Assembly: GCA_010909165.1 (NCBI GenBank)
Contig: MU008169.1
Coordinates: 1,860,001 to 1,924,000 of the forward strand
Reading direction: 5' to 3'
DNA from: Anthoceros angustus
Lineage: Eukaryota; Plantae; Anthocerotophyta
DNA length: 64,000 bases
The notes below the pieces were generated by a model. That model was not told the DNA's origin. It searched no databases and worked only from the letters and a program-made list of their open reading frames with translations. Positions 42,211 to 54,189 of this stretch are shown here, piece by piece. Positions within the stretch are counted from its first letter, which is position 1; each line of letters starts with the position of its first letter. The position numbers and the translations under genes were made by a program.

Positions 42211-42936
42211 CTATCCAATTCTGGGAACCTGGGCTACTTGGCCTCTTTTGTCAACATCTAAGAATACCCGATTGTTTCTCAAATCCTGAATGCGATAGAA
42301 CCCAGCTGGACCGTAGATAACTTCTATTCCAATCACTTCCGTCAATATGGTTTTAATAGCCTGCTGGTAGTCCACACCAAGAAGTTCTGGCCATCCGGGG
42401 TTCACACCTACGAGCAATGATCCACAACAAGGAATACTTCAGATACAGATACATAAATCACACAAGGTAACAACAGGGGAACGTCAGCACTATAGGAGGA
42501 AGCGAGCCTTACGGTTCGGGTGCCACTGGCCACGCGCAGGAATCTGATAGATGAAGCCATTGCTGTCTGTGTAAAGCCAAACCTCATCATCGTGCTTGTA
42601 CGGGTTGACGGTTATGGCGGAAATTCCGCTCTTAGGTGACCAAACAGTCGCGTTTTCGTCCGCCAAGTGAACCCTCACCTCGTCTCCCAACATGTACTGA
42701 TACTCTGGCCAAGCATCCTTAGCGTCTCCTGCAAACACAGACACGAGCTCAGTGTCAGCTCCTCCTCCGCGGATGTACGAATCGTTCCGACGTTCTCCGT
42801 TTTCCACAGTTTCTGACATACCACGACTTGTGAACGCTGCCATGGTGGTAGCCTGCAGCGACAACAGTGCGGCTAACGCCAGGTACGCAGAAAGGAAAAG
42901 TCGGTGTCTAAAATTCCTGCTCCCTGCGCCTTCCAT
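42211..42936 (-). CDS. Secreted two-domain potato inhibitor I family protein, copy A (exons 42936-42822, 42728-42513, 42407-42211)
   Basis: Signal-like exon 1; domain 1 KDAWPE...VWLYTD..G.IYQIP.RG; domain 2 WPELLG...RIQDLRNNRVFLDVD...VAQVPRIG; phase-1 GT-AG introns. Confidence 0.85.
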
Positions 42937-43329
42937 CTTTGGGGACTCTGCATCCACAATCACAAATCAAGTAGTGTGACCTTTCCTTCGCATTCTAGCA
43001 CAGATCGTGAAGGTTTCTTCGTACCGTGGGTCGGCGCCCGCGCAATCAAGCCTGCAGGCAAATTCTTGGAACAATTAGTGGGATGGCCAGTGAGAGTGGG
43101 AGGGGCTTAACATTGCTCCGCCTTGTTTCCAGGGCCGAGGAGTCGGATTGACGTGAGACGGGAATGGGATGATGCAGCCTAAGCGAATCCTCGAACTGGG
43201 GGGAACTTTTCTCCATTTCCAATGCATTAGTTAGGTACTGTAAGATTATTCCACATGATTAAAATTATGATAATTCACAGTGTGTCGGAGACAACTTAGG
43301 GATTCCGGTTATGAACCCCGGCACAGGCT

Positions 43330-44506
43330 CTAACCAATTTTTGGAACTAAGGCAACATTTCCGTCCTTGTCAATATCCAGGAACACGCGGTCCAGCCTAT
43401 AGTCGCGCGTGCGAGGGAATCCTTTTGGCCCATAGTGCACGGTTACTCCAATCACTTCCTTCAAGATGGCTTTTGTGGCGTCCAGGTAATTCACGCCCAC
43501 GAGCTCTACCCACCCGGGATCCACGCCTGCAAAGTGCAAACGTGCAAGGATTGGTGAGGCACTATCAAATCAATTCAAACAAATGGCTAGTGCAAACGTG
43601 CAAGGATTGGTGATGCACTATCAAATCAATTCAAACACATCGAAAGTGCAAACGTTCAAGGGTTGGTGATGCACTATCAAATCAATTGAAACAAATGGCT
43701 AGTGCAAACATGCAAGGATTGGTGATGCACAATCAAATCAATTCGAGCAAATGGCAAGTGCAAAAATTGGTGATGCGCCATCGATCAATTCAAACAAATG
43801 GCAATAGCGATCGTGCAAGGATTGCTGATGCACTATCATTCAATCCAAACAAATGGCAAGTGCAAGCATTCTCCGAGACAACCCGGACACAGGTTGGTGA
43901 AGTTTGCATATCAAATTGCAGACAGAAACCCTGGGCTCGGGCATATTTCCATTGCTACAAGCAACGGACCACTCCTCATGTCAGCGACCCCAGTGCAATG
44001 TTGATTTAACAGACGAGAAAGTTGCGAATGGCTTACGATTAAAGTGGAAGAGCCCGCGCTTCGGAATCTGGTAGACGAGGCCATCATAATCAGTGTAGAT
44101 CCAGACAGATTTCTCACTGCCGGAGAAGAAAGGGGGAGACTGGCTCGGGCTCGGTCCCCAGACAAACACGAAATCTACAAGCCCGCTGGTCCGGATCTCG
44201 TCCGCAACTTCTGTTGCGTTGGGAGCAAAATAGTACTCAGGCCAGGCATCCTTCACCACGCCTGCAGGCATCAAAATCCGTTGAAAATGTCCGTGTTGCG
44301 CAAGCAAAGATTTCTGACTAGAAATCACAATCTGGAACATTTGTCTCAAGCCGAAAAATCTGATCCATCTGGCGGAAGAGGTAGCAGATCAAACCTGACT
44401 CTCTATTGTACTTCGCCCGCTTTGCCATTACGGCGGTGAGCGGAGATGACAACACCGCCAGAACGAGCAAGCTCCAGATGAGCCTCGTCGCCTTCACTCC
44501 CTCCAT
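43330..44506 (-). CDS. Secreted two-domain potato inhibitor I family protein, copy B (exons 44506-44395, 44261-44037, 43526-43330)
   Basis: Same exon phases as copy A; domain 2 loop PRTRDYRLDRVFL. Confidence 0.85.
43534..43866. repeat. 56-bp minisatellite, ~6 copies, in intron 2 of inhibitor copy B
   Basis: GTGCAAACGTGCAAGGATTGGTGATGCACTATCAAATCAATTCAAACAAATGGCTA repeated. Confidence 0.9.
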
Positions 44507-45330
44507 GCTGCCTCCCACGTCGGAACGAAAACGCACAAGATTTCGCAAACGCAAAGCAGCGGATCCTGTGCTTGCAAGACAGGAAGAAGCCTTCCCCATT
44601 TATACCGCTGAGATGCGGAAGCGGTCGCCGTGGTCTGAACACCCCGCAGACATGGCCGCCCACCGACGACGGCTGGGAAGCTTCCCGGCAGGGAATTTGC
44701 GAAAACGGCAAAAGGTTCCAGCAAAGCTCGGCGCTAGCAAACGTCCGGCGTGTGGACTCGTCAGCTCAATGTACATATCCAGTGTGGCGCCGACACGTCC
44801 ATACATACTGTATACATTATGTACGTCCGTGTACGATACTGTACCCAAAGTGCGGGCTGCATCCTTTATGTTGTCGGACAGTGCCGTGTCGATAATGTGG
44901 ATAAAAAAGTCTGGACATTTTAGTGAATTCCGGCACGCCAAATTCTAACAACAATTTCGATGTATCAGATCTTGCAGGATAGAAAAAGAAAAAGAAAAAA
45001 AACAAAAACGGCCTCCACTTCTCTGCGCCGTGGCATCGATCGAGGTGAAGGTCTCCTCCTGAACCTTCACATAAGCAGGCGTTGGGACATAATCACAAAC
45101 CACATCATTGTTTGAATTTGGTCGTTTCCGTGGCCAAGGTGCGCATGTAGCCGGATTGACGTGGGAGGGGAATGGGATGATGCAGCGAATCGTCGAACTG
45201 GTAGGTGGAACATCTCCATTTCCAATGGACTCAATAGGTAGTGTAACATTATTCCACATAATTTACATTATGATAATGAACCTCAGTGTGTGCCGGGGAC
45301 AACTTATTCCGGTTCACACCGCCTCAGGCT

Positions 45331-46187
45331 CTAACCAATTCTTGGAACTAAAGCAACATTTCCGGCCTTGTCAAGGTCCAGGAACACGCGATCCAGTCTA
45401 AAGTCTTCGGTGCGAGGGAATCCTTGGGGCCCATACTGCACCGTGACTCCAATCACTTCCTCCAAGATGGCTTTCGTAGCGTCAAGGTAATTCACTCCAA
45501 CGAGCTCTCTCCACCCGGGATCCACGCCTGCGAAGTGCAAACAAATGGCGAGTACAGACATTGTTAGAGTCTTCGCAGAGACAATCCGGACACAGGTTGG
45601 TGCGGCTTGCATATCAGAAATTGCAGACAGAAACCTCTGGTCCCGGACATTTTCCAATTGCTACAACTAACGGACCGCTTCTCGCACGTGAGCGACCCTA
45701 GCGCAATGTTGATTTGATAAACGAGCAAGATGCGAATGGCTTACGATTGAAGTGGAAGAGTCCGCGCTTCGGAATCTGGTAGACGGATCCCTCATAGTCA
45801 GTGTAGATCCAGACAGAATTCTCCGTGCCGGGGAAGAAGGGGGGGGACTGGCTCGGGCTCGGTCCCCAGACAAACACGAAATCTGCAAGCCCGCTGGCCT
45901 GGATCTCTTCCAAAACTTCTGTTCCGTTGGGAGCAAAATAATACTCAGGCCAGGCATCCTTCGCCACGCCTGCAGGCATCAAAGCCCGATTGTACCTAAC
46001 ACTGATTAGGTGTCCGTGTTGCACACAAGCAACGATTTAATGTCTGGCATGTCTCAAGCCCAAGGTAGCAGATCAAACCTGACTCATTATTGTACGCTGC
46101 CTTCACCATTACGGCAGTGAGCGGAGATAATAAAACAGCCAGAACAAGCAGGCTCGAATTGAGCCTCGTCGCCTTCACTCCTTCCAT
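45331..46187 (-). CDS. Secreted two-domain potato inhibitor I family protein, copy C (exons 46187-46079, 45969-45745, 45527-45331)
   Basis: Close paralogue of copy B, with flanks also duplicated; domain 2 loop PRTEDFRLDRVFL. Confidence 0.85.
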
Positions 46188-46853
46188 GCTGCGTCTCACG
46201 TTCGAACCTGACACAAGATGGAACGAAAACAGAACGCAAAGCAGCGGGTCCTGTGCATGCAAGACAGGAAGAAGCCTTCCCCAATTTGTACCGCTGAGAT
46301 GCGGAAGCGGTCGCCTGAATCTGGACAACCATTTTCAGGCATGGCCGCCTGCCGACAACCTGAGAAGCTTCTCAAGCAGGATGTTCGGCGAGACGGCGAA
46401 GGTTCCGGCCCGAGCGTGGCAAGGCTCGGCGCTAGCAAACAAGCCGTAATGTAGACTCGGGTCATCTCAATAATGCCAGCACATCAAGTAGGGCGACGAC
46501 GCGTACATACCGCGTACATTCGTATAGGCAACGAGAGCAGCCGATCCCGGCATGACTCGTCTTGTTAGACATTGGAGTACCTATCCACATATGATACAAA
46601 ATTCCGGCCATTTTAGTGAATTCCGGCAGGCCAAATGCCGATCACCTACATTGAGAAGGCTTGCTCTATGATTAAATCTGGCTGGGACAGAATACAGTAA
46701 TGGGAAGGGCTCAGCCCCCTTCTCTACAATGCTTGAAGGGGGGACCTGCTAAGTTCGAGGGGAACGAAGTCGAGGAGGAACACTTCAAGGTCTGGAGAAC
46801 CGACATGTTTATGGTACAGAGAAAGTGAAAAAGACAAACAGGTGATAGCTCAC

Positions 46854-48833
46854 TCACCTGCCATCAAGGAGCTCCACACTGAGATATTCCTTTCTGCAAG
46901 ATGACACACAGCTGGGGATGCCTGGTGGAGATGCCAGTTCCAGGGTACCTCTGCTTCCGAAGACGTAAGCTCGAGGGCTGTCGTGATTCGACCTGGGAGT
47001 GAGCAGGGGCAGTGGCCGGTCTGGCATCTCTGGAATGGCCATATCCCCTTCCAGTATTCTGAGAACGTCCCGCATTCTGGGTCTAAAGGCTACCAGAGGA
47101 TGTGCACAGAGGATGCTGATTCTGACGAATCTTTCCAAATCGTCCTTGGGGGTGGAGGCTTGGATCCTCTCGTCGACAATGTCTTCGAGTCTGCTGTCCT
47201 TGAGTAGTGCCCAGGCCCAGTCCACAATCAGCTTCATCTCAGGTAACTCGGACCCAGTGTCCAGTGCTTTGCGTCCACTTATCAGCTCCAGAAGAACAAC
47301 TCCAAAGCTGTACACATCCCCCTTCTCAGTGATCCTCCCGTACAGAGCGTACTCAGGGGCAACATACCCATATGTGCCTGCTACACTGCCTTCCTTGCCA
47401 GTTGCAGTTGCCAGCTCTGTTATGGTCTTTGCCAGACCGAAGTCTGCCACATGGGCTTCAAGTGATGCATCCAGGAGGATGTTGCTGGACTTGATGTCTC
47501 TGTGGATGATGGCAGGCTGCATATCATCGTGCAAATAGGCAATGCCTTTGGCCATACCAAAGGCAATCTTCCTTCTTGCTTGCCAAGTGAGGACAGGCTT
47601 GATGCCGTAAAAGAGATAGTCATATAAACTGCCGTTGGCCATGTACTCGTAGATGAGCAGGCGCTGGTGGCCATCTGTGGGGGTGCTGGCAATGCAGCAC
47701 CCTCTCAAAACCACCAGGTTGCGGTGACGCACACTGTTGATTCTCTCCACCTCACTCCGGAAGTCTGCATCCGTCTCTGGAGAGCAGTTCTTGAATCTCT
47801 TCACTGCGACCTCCATTCCAAGATCATCCATGTACCCTTTGTAAACCTTCCCAAATCCCCCCTCCCCAATGAGGTGCTTGTCAGAAAAGTTTTTGGTGAC
47901 AGCCTTGATATCATCAAAGTTGAACCACACCAAGCCCATGTTGGGTCTCAGCATCCTGCTGTTTCTGTCGAGGAAGCTCTGGTGAATGGCTCGTCTACGC
48001 CTCCGCCACCAGTAATAGAAGGCAAATGCCACGGCAAGGCTGAAAGCCAGTATGATTCCTGCACCAAGACTGACATCCAAGACTATATGGCGACTTTTCT
48101 CGGTGCTCAACGCAACTGTCACCCCCAGAATACACTCAGCAGCCCCGGGGTCAGATGGGCCCTTCACATTAGCCACTCCAGCTGAATAAATTACCACAAA
48201 AGGAAGACATCTATTAGATGGAGTAGCATTCAGCTGCAACACAGCAACAGCCATGTCCGAATTGCAACCCCTGCAGTTTGCAAGGTCCAGCAAATCCCCA
48301 TTGCAGCTTTTCTTCAACGCGGAAGTATCCACTCTCGCCTCAAAGTCACCTGTCCTCAAAATCCCTTGACACAAACTGGGACCCTGTGTGAAGGGAGCTG
48401 CGGTAGGAAAACATTGTGGAACAATGTTCGGCAACAGCCCTTGACTCTGAAGCTTGGAGTCAAAGCCTTCCACACAAGCTTGGGCATTTTCTCCGCCAGG
48501 CACCTCGAAGTTACCAGATTTCTTCAAATACAAAGAAGTCACCAGCCCAAACCTGGACAACAGCGACTCGCAACAGGTGGATGTGTTGTTGGGCTCCAAG
48601 GTTCCCAGACAGTTCTGCATGGGTCTTGGGTACCCATCCAGCACACTGAAATCCAAAGGGCAAGACGCATCCAACAAAGCCCTAGTCCCGCCTCTGCGCT
48701 CATTCAGGCCCCTCCCCCTCCCCCTGCTCCCAGCTGGAAGCTGGCTAGGTCCCCTTACGCATGTTGCCAGCTCCGCCCGCAGCAGCACGGCCACTATCGC
48801 CCACCATCGCAAAAGTGCACCCACTTTCCCCAT
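46854..48833 (-). CDS. Receptor-like kinase with Cys-rich SPARK-type ectodomain (RKF3/At1g11050-like); intronless
   Basis: Signal peptide, ectodomain CPLDF...CC...C, TM then RRRRRR, GEGGFGKVY, HRNLV.LRGCC, HRDIKSSNILL, DFG, GTYGYVAPEYALYG. Confidence 0.9.
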   Translation of the reverse strand: MGKVGALLRWWAIVAVLLRAELATCVRGPSQLPAGSRGRGRGLNERRGGTRALLDASCPLDFSVLDGYPRPMQNCLGTLEPNNTSTCCESLLSRFGLVTSLYLKKSGNFEVPGGENAQACVEGFDSKLQSQGLLPNIVPQCFPTAAPFTQGPSLCQGILRTGDFEARVDTSALKKSCNGDLLDLANCRGCNSDMAVAVLQLNATPSNRCLPFVVIYSAGVANVKGPSDPGAAECILGVTVALSTEKSRHIVLDVSLGAGIILAFSLAVAFAFYYWWRRRRRAIHQSFLDRNSRMLRPNMGLVWFNFDDIKAVTKNFSDKHLIGEGGFGKVYKGYMDDLGMEVAVKRFKNCSPETDADFRSEVERINSVRHRNLVVLRGCCIASTPTDGHQRLLIYEYMANGSLYDYLFYGIKPVLTWQARRKIAFGMAKGIAYLHDDMQPAIIHRDIKSSNILLDASLEAHVADFGLAKTITELATATGKEGSVAGTYGYVAPEYALYGRITEKGDVYSFGVVLLELISGRKALDTGSELPEMKLIVDWAWALLKDSRLEDIVDERIQASTPKDDLERFVRISILCAHPLVAFRPRMRDVLRILEGDMAIPEMPDRPLPLLTPRSNHDSPRAYVFGSRGTLELASPPGIPSCVSSCRKEYLSVELLDGR

Positions 48834-49439
48834 TTCGGATAGCATCGGCCTAAAGCAAATGCAAATCAAGCTGTTCCGGCACCCACATCTCACCTCGCAG
48901 AAACCCAAGACCCACAATCACAAGCACATGGTCGTCAGCCGTCATCAGAACAGATAAAAGATCTCTGGGCAACATATCATGGCACCAGACCCGGCAGAGG
49001 GGTAGCTCTGGCATACAGCTACCAGAGAAGGTCTGCACTGCATCTTCTAGCTCACCTGTCCTTTCACATGAAACTTTTTTTTTGGGAGACTTTATTATGA
49101 AAAAGAGATGGAAAACCAGGAGAGGGGGGCCTGAGCAGGCACCAGACCATGGGGGACTTTCACATGAAACCTGTATACAATGCTGAGGTCGTTTCTGACG
49201 GTGGGAAATCCAGACTGCTGATGACGCGTAGGGAACCAGTGCTTACACGGAGCGTCGGGTGGAAGAGCCAAATTCCGAAAGAATCTTTACAATTACAAAT
49301 TTGCAGTCCACGTTGACGGTGAACAACTCCAGCTGCTCCAGCACACTACCAGAATGTACACTCCAGAAGTCGGTCGGGTGCCTCTCATCAGGAACCAGAC
49401 AGTTGGAACCTCGGTTGAAACAGGGAATTTTCTCAAATT

Positions 49440-50749
49440 TCAGGAGATACGCCTCTTGACATCGCGTTCCTGCCTCGTGTCCTTCTTGTCTGAGAGCAAA
49501 GTAGGGATAATGGCCACCACTCCGATTAAGAAGAAGGTTAAAAGTGTCTTCGGATTACGCAGATCGTTGAAGGATTCTAGTTCACTCAGGGTAAGCCCAG
49601 CCTGCCAACACCAAGTCTGTTCAGAGGTTGATGCTCACAGTGTAGCTGTCTCCATAAGACAGCTGTAGGAGAAGGAGCACGGATTTTTCTCCGAATGAAA
49701 AACACGAATTGAGAGCTAAGGAGTGTGTTCTTACCCTCACGGTTACGACAGATCCAGGAATAAGACCAATAATTGTTGACAAGAAAAAGGTTGGAAACGA
49801 AATGCCCACGATGGGCGACGAGAAGTTGATGAACGTGTTCGGCAGAGTTGGGGTGATTCTCAGAAACAGCATGTAATTAAGAAGCCTGCTCTTCCGTTTT
49901 CTAACCTGAAGAGGGAGAAATCTTAAATTGTGAGTCATCGAAAGCACAAAATTTCTAGCAGTCAAAGTCTCTTTCTCCAGGTACATGGTAGATCTAATAC
50001 TTCAAAACCACTGGTCAAGCCCTCCAGAACATCCTACACGTAATCCGGGTTGAGGATTAAGAAAATACCTCATTGCGAAGATCTGTCAACCTATCAGGCC
50101 ATAGCCAGAACACAATCGGCCCGCCAATCTGCAGGGACAAAAAGTAGCAAGCCGATGCACCAGCAGTGGCTGCGCCAACTACCAGAAAAAGGGCTGGAAC
50201 GAAACCAAACAGAGCTCCGCCAAGGAGTGACAAGCATATCGTCCCAGGGATCATGAAAGTTTGCATCAAGACGTAAATCACCGTGAATCCAAGCACCATC
50301 TGTAAGGGGAAATCTTCAGCATACGAAGCCAGGTAATCCCTACAGGTTGGTCAAGCGTCTCACGATCAAACACAAACAAAGTTGCTACGACACGGACTGT
50401 ACATGTCCTGCAAAAATAGCATTAAACAACTTCAGGGCATCACTTCCTCAACTTCAACATTGCTTTCCTTCATCATTCATCATGCACACAATTCAGCCTC
50501 AGGCGCTTACTTAATAGTTTGAAGCTCTTCAATGCTGTGCGGAACCTTCAATACGCTGTAGTCCACCGATGGCATAATAAAATACATGGCAACCAGCACG
50601 AGACCAAACACCAAAACCAATGAACAAACTCCCAAGACCTCCTTCCTCGTAACCGTAAACTCCCTCACGCGAACAGCTTCTCGCTGCTTCTCGACAGCAC
50701 TCCACCACGAGCTGGTTTGCACAGTCGGAACAGACGCGATTCGGGCCAT
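49440..50749 (-). CDS. VTT/SNARE-associated Golgi (TMEM41-like) membrane protein, 4 exons
   Basis: YVLMQTFMIPGT..LSLLGGALFG, LLNYMLFLRITPTLPNTFINFSSPIV, IGLIPG, AGLTLSEL. Confidence 0.88.
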
Positions 50750-51921
50750 TTTTTTTTCTCTGCCCTGGAAAACCACTCACACTATAGACCTTGAAATCGC
50801 ATCCTGAGATCCTACAAACTCCTCCGAATCACCCCCGAGTACCTTCAGCAGTAATGTTTGTTGTCAGAAACTGACTGCTACAAGAAGTGAATTTCCACAC
50901 ACCCCATTCGGTTCTCGTAGACGATGGCTTCGAGCTTTTCAGGGCGATCACAATTGGTCACTTGCATGTTAAGGAAAGTTGTTTTGAACGCAAATATATA
51001 CACATCTTCACCCTACAGGTTCTGGCAGAGACCCTACCTTCCCGAAACGGTGGGATCCCTGAGTGGCCATCCCGACCGTTTCCATGTTTCCTCGGATCGG
51101 ATCCGGAAGTGAGTACACGTTCTGCCATTCTGGTCCTAGACGCGTGGTGGATAGATTGTTACACGCTTCGGGTCTCACACGGGGGAACCAGCCTCCATTC
51201 GGACTGTACTAGTCGGGCCAGGAGCAGATCGGAACTGCCAAGGCGCTCAAAGATGTAAGTGACTGGCCAGTGCAGTCTAGATGTGCTCGTAGTTGCAGGG
51301 CTTCGTGATCATGTCTCCCTAAGAGCTAGGATCGGTGTATGTGCAGTTCGCCTTCAACGTGACCATCCGCTTCCTGTGCCAGGACTTGGAACTCAGTGAT
51401 CAGGAGTTGGATGCGTTCCGAGCCAACGCACCTCTGGTGGAACGTGCCTTCATGGTGATTCCGCTCAGGATGCCCGGGAGTCCTTCGACCAAGGCTGTCG
51501 AGCCTGTCGAGCACTTTCCAAAGACGGAGAAGAAGAGGAATTCTATTATAATCCAGGATTGGCATGAAATCGGGTTATTTCAATACTATCCCGAATTATT
51601 TTCACTGAATAAATCCAATTTCATGCCTATTCCTGCAACTATGGTTCATTTCCGTGCTTGACGAACAAATAGAATACAATACCAGAAATTGATTGCAGAT
51701 CTACTGAGTGTTCTCCTAGCCCAACCGCCCATCCCTCTGATTATTATTAGTTCGCCTTAACCCCGTCACGGTTAATCAACTCGCCACACAACCTAGAATT
51801 TGCCGCGGAGCCTGACAGCGAGGCAATTTGGACCACCCTCCCCGCAACCAGCTGAACAACAAAAAGCTCACCGATAGGAGTTGAAGATCTTAAGAGCATT
51901 CACAAGGCTGCTCATGGAGAT

Positions 51922-53853
51922 CTATTCACATCGATATAACGTGATTTCCTGCTGCTTGAAATAGCGCCTGTCTTCCTCGTCGACAAGGACCAAATTCAGG
52001 TAGTACTTCACACTGAATTTGTTGTTGATGTTACGATATGTAGGTGTCAGATCGTAAGGGCTCAAGAATAATCTGATCGGTATAGACTCACCTGTAAACA
52101 TTGGCCAAGGACACAAATGACGCTGAAAATCAGGACAAGCGAGTCTAGTTACCAGGAGAGGAGACTGTAGAGGGAGCTTGAGAATAAGGTGGTTACCTCG
52201 CACCGGTGCGCCATCCATAATCTCATACTTTGCTAGCGTCTCACTCTCATTGTATGTATTGGGCCCAGATCCTGTAGACTCACGGCGTCGAATCTCAAGC
52301 TCCATGTGCTTGATCTTTATTCGGACCAGCAAGAAGTAGATCTTTCCAACGATCACATCTTTAAGATGATATCTGCACATTTGGTTTAAGAGATGAACGT
52401 GTTGAGGACCAGGCATTCAACTCAACAGATAGTGCAACCAGTATTCAAAGTTAGCCTTACTTGCTCTTGCTGTACTCAAACTCAATATGCAAACAGTCTT
52501 CTATGCCGACCTCCATCTGCAAACATCATCTGTGATACATAGTGCTCCAGCAAACTGAGCAGCATGAAGAACCGTGTCACAAAATGCTGAACATCTGACC
52601 TTGATGCTGTTGTTGATCTCAGGAGGCGGCGAGAAGTTTCTGACCTGAAAGTAACGAGGTAATGCAGAATTACAATGCATACGACCACAGCAAAAAGTAC
52701 AGCAAAAGGGAAAGCATACGGCAATCGAGTGTTGCATTTGAACATACCCAGAAGTCCTTATATTCTACAATGTTGGATGCATAGCTCCGACTGATGGTTA
52801 CCTTGAGGATATACCTGCAAGTTCCTCCATAAGCCTGTGCCGGTATAACTAGATATGAACCCGACCGAAGAGGCTGGGACATGCTGGTCGCCAGCTCTAG
52901 CAGAAGACTCAAGCTTGACCAATGAGCCAGAGCTCGACCCTCTTCAAGAATGGCAACGAGGAATAGAGGCAGACACTCCTGGGGCATGCCTGATATGCAG
53001 GACCAATGTGACCAGAATTAAGGTTTGTAGTTTACCTGAGCCTCACGTTCTGACCATTGTACGACTCATATTGCATCTCCACCGTGGAGAACTCAAAGGG
53101 GTAGATCTTCCTTTCGGCAATTTCCCCTGGCACATCAAGCTCTCGGACTACACAAGGCCAGGCACCTGGTTGTCAGAGACCAACACTGTGCTGCACAAAC
53201 ACCGAGCCACTTCACTCCTGCTAATTGTGCAGGTTCACTCACAACAAACACAAGCAGCGACAAATTGATATTCTCTGAAAGGATCTCACCAAGGGAAGTG
53301 AAATCATAGAAACTTCCTCGATCAAAATACAGCTCTACAAAACATTCCAAAGACAAAACATTAGAGCCATACAAACAGCGTCACGTCAGAAAGCAAGAAG
53401 GAAATGATGTCCAAGACAACACCACCAACCAATCTGTCCCAAGAGCTCAATTTTCACCCCCATATGCTCGAATTTCTTCCCAGGGTGAGGATCAATTCGG
53501 ACCTGAATAAGGAAAAAAAGAAAAACCCAGATCAGGGTAGGTTGGACCCGAAAAAAATGAAACCAGCCTGCTCTACTCCTTGCCACTCCAGTATGCGTAT
53601 GCAGCCCACCTCTCCAACCACGCTCTCTTGGCCCTGAAACAGCGGGACCAACGAAGTCTGGCCATTTTCCTTCTTGATGCTGGCCTGCATTGCAGCTTCC
53701 AGATAAGTCTCTAAAATTTACAGCAGAAAGCAGATACCAGCTGGAATCCCGGCACAGAAGCAGAAGTGGTACCTGCTTGCGCGTCTCCCCGTCTGCGAAG
53801 TCGATTGAGATGGTGCACAGCGGGCCAAACGCACCGATCAGGAAATTCTGCAT
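51922..53853 (-). CDS. VPS26: Retromer subunit VPS26, multi-exon
   Basis: NFLIGAF...RKQV, HMGVKIELLGQI, FYDFTSL, EINNSIK MEVGIEDCLHIEFEY, YHLKDVIVGKIYFLLVRIKIK, GESIPIRLFL, DEEDRRYFKQQEI. Confidence 0.93.
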
Positions 53854-54025
53854 GACTCCCGACGATGATCCGCGACTGGCATCCGGTCGGACTTCAGTCC
53901 CAAATGCCCTAACCAGGGCGATATTAAAACCTATTCATTTTTAATCATACGAGAAAGAGCGGTTGTTCGATTTCGACCCTGGTAAGGGGTGCTACAGAAC
54001 GCTGAACATAAGCTATAGTGGTAAC

Positions 54026-54107
54026 ATCAGAGTGGCGCAGTGGAAGTGTGGTGGGCCCATAACTCACGGGTCTCAGGATCGAAACCTTGAAGAACTTGGC
54101 TCTGAAA
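54026..54107 (+). tRNA. Initiator tRNA-Met(CAT) pseudogene with a 10-nt insertion at 54088-54097
   Basis: ATCAGAGTGGCGCAGTGGAAGTGTGGTGGGCCCATAACTCACGGGTCTCAGGATCGAAACCT[TGAAGAACTT]GGCTCTGA matches plant tRNAiMet, with mostly C>T changes. Confidence 0.85.
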
Positions 54108-54189
54108 TTCATCGATAACAACGTCCTCTCTATCGAAGACGCCTTACTTGAACGTCCTTAGACAACACACCGTTGTACAGATAGTGAGA

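Noticed and set aside
50887-51661. Short plus-strand ORFs between the VTT gene and VPS26
   Set aside because: No consistent spliced frame or recognisable family; left unassigned
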